DNA from: the human T2T-CHM13v2.0 reference genome, Homo sapiens
Direction: 5' to 3' (one strand)
Assembly: GCF_009914755.1 (NCBI RefSeq)
Contig: NC_060947.1
Length of the DNA: 64,000 nt
Positions 19,429-33,694 of this stretch are shown here, piece after piece. A program made the position numbers and the translations under genes. The notes under the pieces were generated by a model. It was not told the DNA's origin, did not search any database, and worked only from the letters and a program-made list of their open reading frames with translations. Position 1 is the stretch's first letter, and the number at the start of each line of letters is the position of its first letter.

Positions 19429-19765
19429 TAGCTAGAACTTCCAGTACAATATTGAATAGGAGTGGTAGGAGTGAATAGCCTTGTCTCGTTCTCAGTCTTA
19501 GAGGGAAAGCATGTAGTTTCTCACCATTCAGTATACTTTTAGCTGTAGGTTTTTTTCTAAATGTCCTTTATCAAATTGAAGAAGTTCCCCTCCATTCTTA
19601 GATTGCTAGGAGCTTTTATTATGAATAGGTGTTGAATTCTGTCAAATGCTTTTTCTGCATCTATTGATATAATCTTATGATTTTTTTCTGTTAATATGAT
19701 GGATTACATTAATTGTATTTCAAATGTTGAACCAGCCTTGTAAACCTAGAATAAATTCTACTTGG

Positions 19766-20060
19766 GGCTGGGTGCAGTGGCTCATACCTGTAATCCCAGC
19801 ACCTTGGGAGGCCAAGGTGGGCAGATCACTTGAGGTCAGGAGTTCGAGACCAGCCTGGCCAAAATGGTACAACCCTGTCTCTACTAAAAATTCAAAAATT
19901 AGCCAGGTGTGGTGGCATAAGACTGTAATCTCAGCTACTTGGGAGGCTGAGGCAGGAGGATCCCTTGAACCCAGGAGTCAGAGGCTGCAGTGAGCCAAGA
20001 TTGCACCACTGCACTCCAGCCTGGGTGACAAAGTGAGTGAGACTCTGTCTCAAAAAAAAA
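19766..20060 (+). mobile_element. AluS/J dimer
   Basis: Full dimer; TCTACTTGG repeated on both flanks. Confidence 0.9.
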
Positions 20061-20519
20061 TCTACTTGGTGTGAGGTATAATTCTTTTTGTACATTGTTA
20101 GACTTAATTTGATAATCTTTTACTGAGGATTTCTACATCTGTATTAATGAGAGATATTGGTATGTAGTTTTCCTTTCTTGTAATGTCTTTGTCTGGCTTT
20201 GGTATTAGTGTAATGCTGGTCTTATAAAATAAGTTAGGAAGTATTCCATCTACCTCAACTTTCTGGAAGCGATTACAGAGAACTGGTATAACTTCTTCGT
20301 TAAAAGTTTGGTAGAATTCACTGGTGATCCAGTCTGGGCCTGGTGCTTTCTGTTTTGGAAGGTTAATTGTTGATTCAATTTCTTTAACATATATAGGCTC
20401 TATTAGCTTTTACTGATAACATTCCAAAGCTATCTCACCTCTAAATAAAGATGATCCCTTCAACTTAAAATGGAATGGAAAGGAGCTTTAACGGCTGGAG
20501 GAGGGAAGCGGTTTTTGCA

Positions 20520-20862
20520 TGCTATGATTTCAATGCTTTTGTTCCTTCCAAAATGCATGTGTTGGAAACTGAATCTCCAATGCAACAGTGTTGGGAAGTG
20601 GGGCCTAATAAAAGGTGTTTTGGTCATTGGGGCTCTAGGCTTTGCTCTCATGAATGGATTAGTGCTGTTATAAAAAGAGCTTGCAGGAGTGGGTCTGCTC
20701 TTTTCTGATCTTCTGCCATGTGAAGACACAGTAAGAAGGGCCTCACCAGAGAGCAGCACCTTGATCTTGGACTTCCCAGCCTCCAGAAGTGTGAGAAATG
20801 AATTTCTTTTCCTACTCAATTACCCAGTCTGGTATTCTGTTATAGCAGCACAGACTAAAACA
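20520..20862 (+). mobile_element. MaLR solo LTR (MSTD-like)
   Basis: TGCTATG start, 'catgtgttggaaact...aatgcaacagtgttggga', end 'ttatagcagcacagactaaaaca'. Confidence 0.85.
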
Positions 20863-22099
20863 CTGCTTAAAAAAAAATAAGTCTTAACATTCCCTTGTCA
20901 CACCCAGACCATTATTTCCATTAGGAATAAAAATAAAAAGTAAAAGTCATAATGCAATTAAAATTGTAGAACCATGTCTTGTGCCCAGATGAAGGCAAAG
21001 GCAACTGTCTACTTTAGGGAATATGAGCTGCAATCTGTCAAGCATGGAGCCTGGCTGATCCTGCACTCATAGGAAATCTGAACATGAAATCCCTAGACAA
21101 ATTAGAGAACTGTCTTTGCATTGTGTTTCTTTATTCATTTACAAAACCTGCAGAGGAACTGGTCACCTTCAGAACTACAATGTTTAGCTTAAAAGTTTTG
21201 ATGCACCCAACCAAGAATTTTGGGCCAATGTTGGCCCAAAAATTGCTAAGCAAAGACTTTAGTTTAGTAGCCTCACTTAATAGATGAAGAAACTGAGTCA
21301 TATGACATGCTAGAGGTTGAATTCGTGTTTCCTGATGCCAAATCCATTGCTCTTTCTAGTTTACTATGATACAAACTGCTTCTGCAGCCCCTGCCAACAC
21401 CCATACCCAGAGTACTTGGGTTTCAACACAGTCCAGTATCAATCATACTTGCATCTTGTGTGATGTTTAGCACACAGTAGATACTCATTATTTGGCTGAA
21501 TAATGAGGGTGTTTGGTTTACTGCATGCAAAGGAGCAGAAATAAGAGCTGAGTAATAAACAGTGGAACCCGGGAAACTCAAAGGACCGTTATTAGTACAA
21601 CTGGGTTTTAAATAGGATTACAAAATAGTTCTATGAGAGCAAGATCTACCAAGAGGAAGAAACAAAATATATTAATATGGCTTTGGTATTCTTGAAAAAA
21701 GGAAACTTCCACGTGTTTTCTTCTCTAGACAGAGTAAGATTAATGATTGCAAATTATAAATGGAATCATCCTTGTACTACTTGAAAGTTGCAATCCTTTG
21801 TAATTAGAATATTTTTTTAGCAAATTACAACTGCAGAAAGCTTATCTCAGGAGTAAGAAGCCTTTTTATTTATATTTAAGTTTTAATAAATGCTAGACTT
21901 CAAGGATAAAACATAGGGAGATGTAGGGATGGGGGCTTTCTAGTGGATTTACCATAAGTAACATACAACATTGGTATGTAAATTACTGTGTAGCCTAATC
22001 TTTTGTCATTCAAGTAGCTTTAACTTTAAAAGCTACACAATGTGGTCTACCATAGGTTTGACAGAAAAAAGTAAAAGTCAAAGTTACCTAAACTCCAGT

Positions 22100-22470
22100 T
22101 AAGAGTAAGAGCACTGAATTGGGAGTAAAAGCATTAAGAAACCTGGGTTCTAGGCCGGGTGAGGTGGCTCACGCTTGTAATCCCAGCTCTTTGGGAGGCC
22201 GAGGCGGGTGGACTGCTTGAGGTTAGGAGTCAGGGAGTGAGGGACCAGCCTGAGCAACATGGCAAAACCCTCCCTCTACAAAAAAAAAAAAAAAAGGAAA
22301 TCTGTCTGGGTTCTAGTCCTAGCTCTGACATTGTTACGTCACCTTAAGTAATCCATTTCCTGTACGGGCCTCAGGTTTTTCTTGTGTACAATGATCTTAA
22401 CAACTTCGAAGAATCATTCTAAAGATCAAATGGAATAATATGAATGAAGGTTACCAACTGCTGTACAAAT
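22100..22470 (+). mobile_element. MIR interrupted by an Alu monomer
   Basis: 'agagcactgaattgggagt', 'ctgggttctagtcctagctctg...gggcctcagg'. Confidence 0.6.
22153..22294 (+). mobile_element. Alu left monomer with A tail
   Basis: ggccgggtgaggtggctcacg...ctctacAAAA; CTGGGTTCTA duplicated on flanks. Confidence 0.88.
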
Positions 22471-22574
22471 TGAAAGTGACTTAACGACTAAACAGAGAGC
22501 AACCTCATTTGTTTCTTCTAAAGCTCAATTACCAAACTGGAATCAAAGGGCTGTAATGAGGTCCAAGGATTACT

Positions 22575-22825
22575 CATAATAGCTACTATTCACTGAGTAC
22601 CTACAACGCTAGGCACTGGACTTTATATATATTATCTCACTTAATATTTACAATATTTAGTATTAACAGCTATGCAAGGGAAATTACTACTATCCATATT
22701 CTACAAGAGAGAAAAGTGAGGCATTTGAAAGAAGGGGCAACATAGCTAAGAGCCCATAGTAAGTATCAGAAAGAGGACTTCAAAGCCAGGCTTGTTTAAA
22801 CCCTAAAGCTGCATTATTCTACACC
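22575..22825 (-). mobile_element. MIR
   Basis: 'ataatagctactattcactgagtacctac...gaaaagtgaggca...ttcaaagccagg'. Confidence 0.7.
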
Positions 22826-25800
22826 TTTTCAGTCCAGATCACAAGGCTTTCTCCAATTGTTTGTATATACAATGAAGTTTAGATCCCCTCAGCCTGGCAA
22901 TAAAGGTCTTCTAAGATAAGGCTTACATTGTCTACCTTCCAATCTCATCTCCAAATATGACTTCCCCTTCCATTTTCCCTTTCCTTCCGCATTCCATCTG
23001 TAGGCTATGTGACGTGGGACTGGCTCCTTCCCATAAGAACATAAGAAAACGTCCCACTTGAAGTAAAGTTGAAGTCTGCATTTCAAGGTCTCATTGTTGA
23101 TGGTATTCTCTTATGTCTAACATTAAAACCACAATTCACATATTTAGCGTAATCTTACAGACAAACCCAAATCCTTTATCAGCTTAAAATATTCACTTGT
23201 AGCTCTATTCCTTAGCTAGTAGCAACTGTCACACAGTCTAGACTGAAGAGACTAGCAGTCAGGAACGAGACTGAGTTTACCTGCTGTGGGCAAAAGTCAA
23301 TCATTCTTCTAAACAAGCTGGATTTACCTAGCCATCTTTCTGAGCCTGTAGGCTATTACATTCTTTGAACCTACATGCCCTAAACTTGGGGAGGAAACCA
23401 GTTGCATCATAAAACTAGGTTCCCCCTTTCTGGGCTCCCTACAGCACAGTAACAAGATTCCCTTGTTCCTCACAGTGTCCCAGGATGCTAAACTCCTAAG
23501 TGACTGTAGACAGGAAATCTCTGTGTTCTTTGCCCTTGCCTTCCAGGCATGGAGAAAACTCTCTAAGTAAGGTGGGGTGGGTGGATATGATTTATTCCCA
23601 TCTGAACATAAGAGGAAGAAAAGTCTAGCTTCAAAGAGAATATTTATGTGATTCAATTAATCTTTTCTCCTCTAACCAGGTTACCTGAGTTTCACAATTT
23701 GCTGAAAAATATGCTGCTGTGATTTAGTGAAGATTAGACAGAAGGCAGAATTGGACTCTGAGAATAATTAGGAAATAGAGTTTCATGCTATCAGTATTTC
23801 TAGCATTCAGCCTCAGTAAATAGTAACTAACACATCTTAGAAGTTATTTTATTCACTGTTAATCACTAGCAATAACTCATTTGGTACACACAATTTATAT
23901 ATCATATACAAACACTATCCAAACTTAATTGAAACTATACACACATATACATATATCTCTCCCAACACCAAATTAACACATAGTTTCCCTAGCTTGATGG
24001 CCTCTTCATTAAAAAAATTTATTTAAATAAACTTCTTTGTTAGTTCCTTAAAGTAAAATAGATTTTTACCAACTTATTTGGAATCTTTAATCTTCATCGT
24101 GTTTAATATTTTATATTCTTTCTGACAAGTAATCAATTAAGGTACTGTATCCTTTATAAAGATGCCAAATGAGGCTTACTTTCTCTTCATCCAAAGATAA
24201 TGCAAGAAACTGATCAGATAAATATTACATAGGATAACATGATACCAATAGGAGGAGGGGCAGGCCAGAAAAGATAGTCAGGGCTGCAACAGACAGAGAA
24301 AGTCTCAGGAAGAAAAATAGAAGAAAGAAAAGCTAAGTACAAGAAAATCAGAGGAAAGAAGATGATATTAGAGAAAGATATCTGAAGAGTAGAAAAGTTT
24401 GAGAGACAGTTTCAAGAAAAGCTGGCATTTACCCAATTTTGTAGGATCTCAGAGACCTTAAATGCTTGTCCAAGGTCATAAGAGAGGCAGAACCAGGGGC
24501 ACAGACCAAATCTTTTGATTCCAAGATCAGTGCAACTGCAGCCTTTTCTCCTAATGTGATTGGTGCTGAACTTGGAAAACCTGCTGTAGTGAAAAAAAGC
24601 ACAAGTCTAAGAGTAACATTGACTGCTTTTTATCCCAGAGAATACTGGCCTAGCTGTTTACTTTCTTTATACCTTAGTTTCTTCTCTGTCAAACAGAAAT
24701 CATAATAACAGGCACAAAATTCCTAGGGATGATGTGAGGTTAAAGAAGAGAGGTGAGAAAACACTTGGAAAAGAAATATTTTAGTTAATTGAGATTCTTT
24801 AAGGAGGTGGAATAAGTAGATGGCATAGCCTTAATTAAACAAAAGGAAGCAAACAATTTAGAGCCTCCACATTACTCTGCATTAAGTCCAACATTTAAAT
24901 AAAACAAAAACAAAACATAAGGCAGATATATAAAATAACATGCTACACACAAAAAAGATATACCTATATCCAATATTCAATAAAAGAAAAGGAAATTAAG
25001 AAAAAAAACATGCTATAAAAAAGGGTAAATAATTGTCCCCAGGTCCTTCCTTTAGAAAAGAAGCTTTTCCAAGAGCTGCCCACAGTTGCCACCAAACAGA
25101 GCCCAGTGCAATTGTACGCATTTTAAAAATGTGTTTTGTAAACTCTGACAATGGGTAAAGTTGAAACCAGTGTTCTCTTCAAGACAATAAGCATCCTGTG
25201 AAAGCATCTAGGTAAGAGCATGTGCACACATGAATACCCATATACACATTTTCTCTCACAACTAGTGAGCTAGTAGCTACAACAGAACTAGAATCCAGGT
25301 TTCTTCACTCAGATTTCAATCCACCAGTATGTGAATTCCATGAAAGCAGAAATTTTCATCTGTATGTATCAATGATGTATTACCAGTATCACCAATACTC
25401 AGTGGTTTTATTGAACACATGTACTCATGTAGTATATATTAAGGACTCAATGAATAAGCTAAAGCTTTTCATGCATTTCTTTCAGTTGTGAGGGTCAAAT
25501 GAGATAAGGGGTTGGGAAAACATTTTGTTTACTCTAAATGGCAATATATAATACACATGAAAAGGGATAATGAAAATTATAATCACAGAATTTTAGAGCT
25601 TGACAGAACTTTAGTATTATCATATCAGTCATGGATACTACTCCTCAGAACCAGAATTTCTGAATAGATTTGCAGAAAGATTCATTGTCATCCCTGTAGC
25701 ACATTCCAAGAAAATGGACAACAGGTTACCTGTTCTCACTCCAAGGAACTGGTACTGCCAGGATATTGACATGATATTGTATTTAATCATCACAACAAGT

Positions 25801-26959
25801 TGCCGAGGTAGGAATTACTATCCCATTTTGCAGGTAGAAAAACTCTTGAGTCCAAAGAGTTTAATTGGTAGACACAAGTGGAAAAGCCAAGAACAGGCCA
25901 TGAATCAGTTAGATCCTCTCATTTTAAAGATAAGTGTATGTTTCTACTTTCTAGTTTGTATCCTGAATGACTGTATACATTAACAGTGTCCCTGGAAACA
26001 ACTCTATAAGGAATATAAAGTCATGCTACTGCTTTAAGTCAACATTCACAGTGCTATTGTGGAATCTAAAGTGTTTTAGGGGATCCACAATAGTACTACA
26101 GACCTAGACTTAAGTATTCTGAAATACCTTATTCTAGTTCAACACTCAAAACATGTGCCAGGTCTCTTGCTATTTCCTGGGGGAAACAAAAGAGAATCAT
26201 GGTCCCTATCCCTGGGGAATTTCCAGTTTACATAGGAATGCTATGACTGATGCACATGAAACAATTTGACAACAATATAAGGAAGTATATGTAATTGACA
26301 CAAGCGAATTGGCCAAAAATATACAACTAAAAATATAATTGATGAAAACAATTACAGAACAATGTGAGACTTAATATATAATTGACTTCCTGCTTTTTAA
26401 CTCCCTGTTGGTTCACAAATGAAACCCCATACATTCTTGCATTGTAAGAGAACCTCAGGAAACTTTCCATTTGCTTAATTTCTAAACAAAGTAGGCTGAG
26501 CTCTGGGACTAGCTTGGCAATATTCCAGTCACTGCTGTCAGTGAGCTGCTTTGCTATTCCAGACAGACCCCCCAGAGGGCACAGAATCTTTGCATGAATG
26601 GAATAAATCATGTCAATTTAAATCACTAATCAGGAAGAGTCAATTTAATCAATATTTCTGTAAAGAATGTATACTTGTTTGATTTACCCTTAATACATAT
26701 TCTTCATAACTCAGACAGATGTAGGATTTATTTTTAGAAGACACATAGGTATGTAATTAAAGTAGTGATTTATATTTTACATTATTTAGATTAATTTTCC
26801 AGCTTCATCAGAAAAGTGAATGATGAATTTTTTATTTTATGTATCAAAGCTAATTGAAATAAATCCTTTCAAGATCACTGGAGAATAGCTAGAATTAAGG
26901 TCACTATCTTATTTCTGTCAAAGGAATGGATCATGGGTTTTAAGTCTAAGTGACTGAGA

Positions 26960-27900
<941 letters not shown>

Positions 27901-29499
27901 GTGGACAGATCCTCACAAATTTATACTGGGAATATTCCTGTCATCAAAAACAATGCACACTTATGCTGTTTTTATTTAGAGCAAAATTATCTATGTGTTA
28001 GGTTAAATTAACACATCTTTGAATATTAAGAATCTAAGGTAAGTCTCTAAATAAAAAATTGAAGCCCAGTAAATATAAAAAGAAATGAAAATATTGGCTT
28101 TTGTAGTTAATTTATTCAACCATTTCCTTTATAGATTGAAAAAGATGAGTTGCTTCTTTTTTAATTCTTAAGTGATTTATTCTATTTAGAATGAAAAGAT
28201 AATGAATAAGCAAACACTCTCTTTACACTCAGAGATAAAAGCATTGCTTTTAAAAGCTAGATTAATATTTTAATGCTTTTCAATAATCCTTATGCTTAAG
28301 TGCATCCCCTTCACATGGCATGACTTCCTTTAAAATCTCATCAGTAAACATAGATTCCTGAATGAGTTATCCTTAACCCTGAAATTTCTTACTTTTGTAT
28401 GAAGGGATGACAGGAAAATACCCCTATCACAAGTAACTCCTTTTCTTCAGCAGTTGAGGACTTGGCAGGAAAATGGGTCTGAGATAGTATACCATCTGCT
28501 GTGATCTATTAAACTTTTCCAACAACTTAAATCATGTTATAATCTGTGAGTAGTAACATATTAAGAAGCATCTTACATAGATTTCTTACACAATGCATTT
28601 CAATACACTTGAAAGTCCAATTTGAAATCGGATTTCTCCATTTATACTATTGATTCTTATTCATCCACTCACCCTATTTTGTCTTCGTTTGCACTATTAG
28701 AATATGGAAGTTCACTGGTGTGAAATAAAAGGACTTGAGAGATTCAGATTTTTTTTTTAAGTAAGGCTTCTAACCTAGACAAAAGCCCTATGTGAAATGA
28801 ATAATTAGTATTGGAAATAGCAAGCTAAACAGAAATTCAATTCTTGAATTTGAATTTGCTATTTTATGCCATTGGTCTTTAGCTACTTCAAAGAGCCCGA
28901 CAAGAATGGAAGGTTACTATAGCATTAATGCCATGGCCTAAGTCTTAAACTGCCGGTTCCTATTGAAGGAGGCCCATTCTACACTAGCCATTGCACAAAC
29001 TGCACAATCATGACCCATCTTCCGGAAGACTAAGGCAAGGCAACAAACACTTTCCAAACCATCATTTATGAATAGTGAAAAAAATACACTAAAGTTCTTT
29101 AAATACAGTCCATATACTAAAGGGTCAGGAAGACCTTAATAATCATCTAAACTAAAGTTGCATTCGATGTTAAAGTAACTTTAGTGAATACTACCATCCT
29201 TGCCTCCTGAAAATAGATTTCCTACCATCCCATTCCATTGCTCACCTATGTTGAGAAAAACTTTGTTTCCCTATAGCTTCTGCCTTAAAATAGAAGTATA
29301 TTTACTCTTTTCCTTTAGGGCTTTAAGGTAGATAAAGGCAGTAATCATGCCACCTTCCCCTAGTCTTCTCTTCTCTGGGATAAACAATTCTAGCATCTCT
29401 AATCTTCCTACAATTCCATTTTCCTCATAATAGTCTTATTCTCTTTACTTCTAGGTGATTTTACACAGTAGAAATATTAACTTTCAGTCTGCCATGCTT

Positions 29500-32400
29500 C
29501 AGTAGCCAAAAATTAATAAAATACTTAGGAATACAGCTAACCAAAGAGGTTGAAGATCTATACAAAAAAATGACAAAATACTGCTGAAAGAAATGAAAGA
29601 TGACACAAACAAATAAGAAAAACATTCCATGCTCATGAATAAGAAGACTCAATAATGTTAAAATGGCTATACTGCCCAAAGTAATTTAAAGATTCAATGC
29701 TATTCCTATGAAACCACCAATGACATTTTTCACAGAATTAAAAAAAAATTATAAAAAAAATTATAAAAAAAACTTATAAAATTCAGAACCAAAAAAGAGC
29801 CCAAATAGCCAATGCCATCCTAAGCAAAAAGAACAAAGCTGGAGGTATCACACTACCTGATTTCAAACTATACTACAAGGTTACAGTAACCAAAACATGG
29901 TACTGGTACAAAAACAGACACATAGACCAAGGAATCAGGTTAAAGAACCTAGAAATAAAGCCGCACACCTACAACCATCTGATCTTCAACAGTGTCAACA
30001 AGAACAAGCAATGGGGAAAGGACTCCCTATTCAAAAAATGGTGATGGGATAACTGGCTAGCCATGTGCAGAAGATTAAAACTGGACCTCTTCCTTTCACC
30101 ATATACAAAAATCAACTCAAGATGGATTAAAGACTTAAATGTAAATCCTAAAACTATAAAAACCCAGAAAATACCATTCTGAACACAGGTCCTGGCAAAG
30201 ATTTCATGATGAAGACCTCAAAAGGAATTATAACAAAAACAAAAATTGACATGTGGGACCTAATTAAACTAAAGATTTTCTGCACAGCAAAAGAAACTAT
30301 TAACAAAGTAAACAGACAACTCACAGAATGGGATAAAATATTTGCAAACTATGCATCTGACAAAGGTCTAATATCTAGCATCTATAAGGAACTTAAATCA
30401 ATGAGCAAAAAACAACCCCATTAAAAAGTAGGCAAAGAACATGAAGAGACACTTTTCAAAACAAGACATGCATGTGGCCAACAAGCATATGAAAAAATGC
30501 TCAACATCACTAATCATTAGAGAAATGCAAATCAAAACCACAATGAGATACCCTCTCAGACCAGTCAGAATAGCTATCATTCAAAAGTCAAAAAACAACC
30601 AATGCTGCTGGTACTGGTACCAAAACAGATATATAGACCAACGGAACAGAACAGAGGCCTCAGAAATAACACCACACATCTACAACCATCTGATCTTTGA
30701 CAAACCTTACAAAAACAAGAAATGGGAAAAGGATTCCCTATTTAATAAATGGTGTTGGAAAAACTGGCTAGCCGTATGTAGAAAGCTGAAACTGGATCCC
30801 TTCCTTACACCTTGTACAAAAATTAATTCAAGATGGATTAAAGACTTAAATGTTAGACCAAAAACCATAAAAACCCCAGAAGAAAACCTAGGCAATACCA
30901 TTCAGGACATAGGCATGGGCAAGGACTTCATGACTAAAACACCAAAAGCAATGGCAACAAAAGCCAAAATAGACAAATGAGATCTAATTAAACTTAAAGA
31001 GCTTCTGCACGGCAAAAGAAACTATCATCAGAGTGAATAGGCAACCTAAAGAATGGGAGAAAATTTTTGTAATCTACCCATCTGACAAAGGGCTGATATC
31101 CAGAATCTACAAAGAACTTAAACAAATTTACAAGAAAAAAATCAAACAACCCCATCAAAAAGGGAGCGAAGGATATGAAAAGACACTTTTCAAACGAAGA
31201 CATTTATGCAGCCAATAAACATCTGAAAAAAAGCTCATCATCACTGCTCATTAGAGAAATGCAAATCAAAACCACAATGAGATACCATCCCACGCCAGTT
31301 AGAATGGCGATCATTAAAAAGTCAGGAAAGAACAGATGCTGGAGAGGATGTGGAGAAATAGAAATGCTTTTACACTGTTGGTGGGAGTGTAAATTAGTTC
31401 AACCATTCTGGAAGACAGTGTAGCGATCCCTCAAGATTCTAGAACTAGAAATACCATTTGACCCAGCAATCCCATTACTGGGTATATACCCAAAGGATTA
31501 TAAATCATGCTACTATAAAGACACATGCACACATATGTTTATTGCGGCACTGTTCACAATAGCAAAGACTTGGAACCAACTGAAATGTCCATCAATGATA
31601 GACTGGATTAAGAAAATGCGGCACATATACACCATGGAATACTATGCAGCCATGAAAAAGGATGAGTTCATGTCCTTTGCAGGGACATGGATGAAGCTGG
31701 AAACCATCATTCTCAGCAAACTATCACAAGGACAGAAAACCAAACACCACATTTTCTCACTCATAGGTGGGAAATGGACAATGAGATCACTTGGACACAG
31801 GGTGGGGAACATCACACACCGGGGCCTGTTGGGGGGTGAGGGTTGGAGGAGGGATAGCATTAGGAGAAATACCTAATGTAAATGACCAGTTGATGGGTGC
31901 AGCAAACCAACATGACCCATGTATACCTATGTATCAAACCTGCACATTGTGCACATGTACCCTAGAACTTAAAGTATAATAATAATAATAATAATAATAA
32001 CCTATGCTGGCAAGGTTGTGGAGAAAAGGGAAAGCTTATATACTGTTGTTGGGAATGCAAATTAGTTCAGCCATTGGAAAATCAATGTGATGATTTTTCA
32101 AAGAACTTAAAATAGAATTACCATTTGACCCAGCAATCCCACTATTGGGTATATACCCAAAGGAATATTAACTATTCTACCATTAAGACACATGCATGAG
32201 TATGTTCATGATAGCACTATTCACTTAGCAAAGATAAGGAATCAACCTAGGTGTCCATCGACGGTGGACTGGATAAAGAAACTGTGCTGTACATCATGGA
32301 ATACTATGCATCCATAAAAAAGAATGAAATCATGTCCTTTGCAGCAACGTGGATGCAGCTGGAGGCCATTACCTTAAGCAAATTAATGCAGGAACATTTC

Positions 32401-32690
32401 TGTTCCTAATTTCCTAATGCAAAACCAAATACCACATATTCTCACTTACAAGTGGGAGCTAAACACATGGACATAAAGACGGGAACAATGGACACTGGGG
32501 CCTACCTGAGGGCAGAGGGTGGAAGGAGGGTGAACATTGAGAAACTACCTATCGAGTACTATGTTCACTGCCTGGGTGAACATGAAATAATTGGCAACTG
32601 AAACCCCAGCCACATGCAATTTACCAATGTAACCAACCTGTACATGTGTCCCCTCAACCTAAAATAAAACTTTGAAGGAAAAAAATAAGA
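29500..32690 (+). mobile_element. 5'-truncated old L1PA (L1PA15/16-like), split by a nested L1
   Basis: ORF2 remnants ([11 protein letters not shown]), 3'UTR ending 'cctaaaataaaactttg'. Confidence 0.85.
30608..31997 (+). mobile_element. Nested 5'-truncated L1PA5/L1PA6-like
   Basis: ORF2 restarts upstream ([11 protein letters not shown]); 3'UTR 'ggagaaatacctaatgtaaatgac...cctagaacttaaagtat', (AAT)n tail; degenerate TSD aacc(a/t)atgctg. Confidence 0.88.
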
Positions 32691-32697
32691 AATAAGT

Positions 32698-32740
32698 AAT
32701 TTTTTTTGCAGAGAGAGTCTCACTATGTTGTCCAGGCTGC
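32698..32740 (-). mobile_element. Short Alu fragment
   Basis: 'gtctcactatgttgtccaggctg' after a T run. Confidence 0.65.
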
Positions 32741-33372
32741 TGTCCAGAAAAAAAAAATCTCTCATACTTTAGTAGAAAACAACTGTTTGTCTCTTCTGAG
32801 ATGGACCCTTTCCTGCCCTCTCTTCTTATACCTCTCCCATTCCTTTCCAACATTATCTTCTTTCTCTCTCTCACCCTTTTCTTTTTCTTCTCTATCCTCT
32901 AACTACCCATGACATAAAAGTAAAGAACATTTCAATTATTTGTTATACTCACCTTGACTCCTGTTCTATATTTTAAAAATCAGGTGAGTTTGTCCCTGTG
33001 GAGGTTTTATGAGGGAAAAAAATCACAAAAACCTATAACTCAAATAGGTTCTTTTTGACTTTTATTTTGTCTCAGACTGAATTTTGGGTCAATGATTCCT
33101 GAAAGGGGAAAAAGTCCTTTGTTTCTGCCATGGGATATTTCTTTAGCACTATCAGGTTTTCCATTACTCCTATAGATGAACAATTTTCAGTATCCTAAGA
33201 TGGGGGACAGAGAGAAAATGAATAATATCGACTGCATCAAAACTTAATTTAATTCATTAGTTTTCAATCTCCTCCCTTTCCCTCTTTTACCTAAGTAGCA
33301 AGATTAACTGGAAGCAAGGACAGAGGAATAATAAAAACAAAAAAGTTAATAAAATTTTAAGGGGTTGAAAAT

Positions 33373-33691
33373 TGTGTGTGTGTGTGTGTGTTTCTGAGAC
33401 AAAGATTTCTGTCAACCAGGCCGGAGCGCCGTGGCTCAATCCTGGCTCACTGCAGCCTCCACCTCTGGTTTAATCAAGCTAATTAACAGGATCAAGCTAT
33501 CCTCCCACCTCAGGCTACCAAGTAGCTGGGACTACAGGCATGCACCACCACGCTCGGCTAATTTTTGCATTTTTTTGTAGAGACGAGGTTTTGCCACGTA
33601 GCTCAGGCAGGTCTGGAACTCTTTGGCTCAAGAGATCCTTCCGCCTCGGCCTCCCAGTGTTGGGATTACAGGAGTGAGCCATCACACCCGG
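33373..33691 (-). mobile_element. AluJ with (TG)n-converted tail
   Basis: 'ctcactgcagcctcc', 'ggctcaagagatcct'; (TG)n 33373-33391. Confidence 0.85.
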
Positions 33692-33694
33692 TCT

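Noticed and set aside
32981-32989. Strong plus-strand donor CAG/GTGAGT
   Set aside because: No convincing paired acceptor or open frame; may be chance, though it could serve an L1 antisense-promoter transcript
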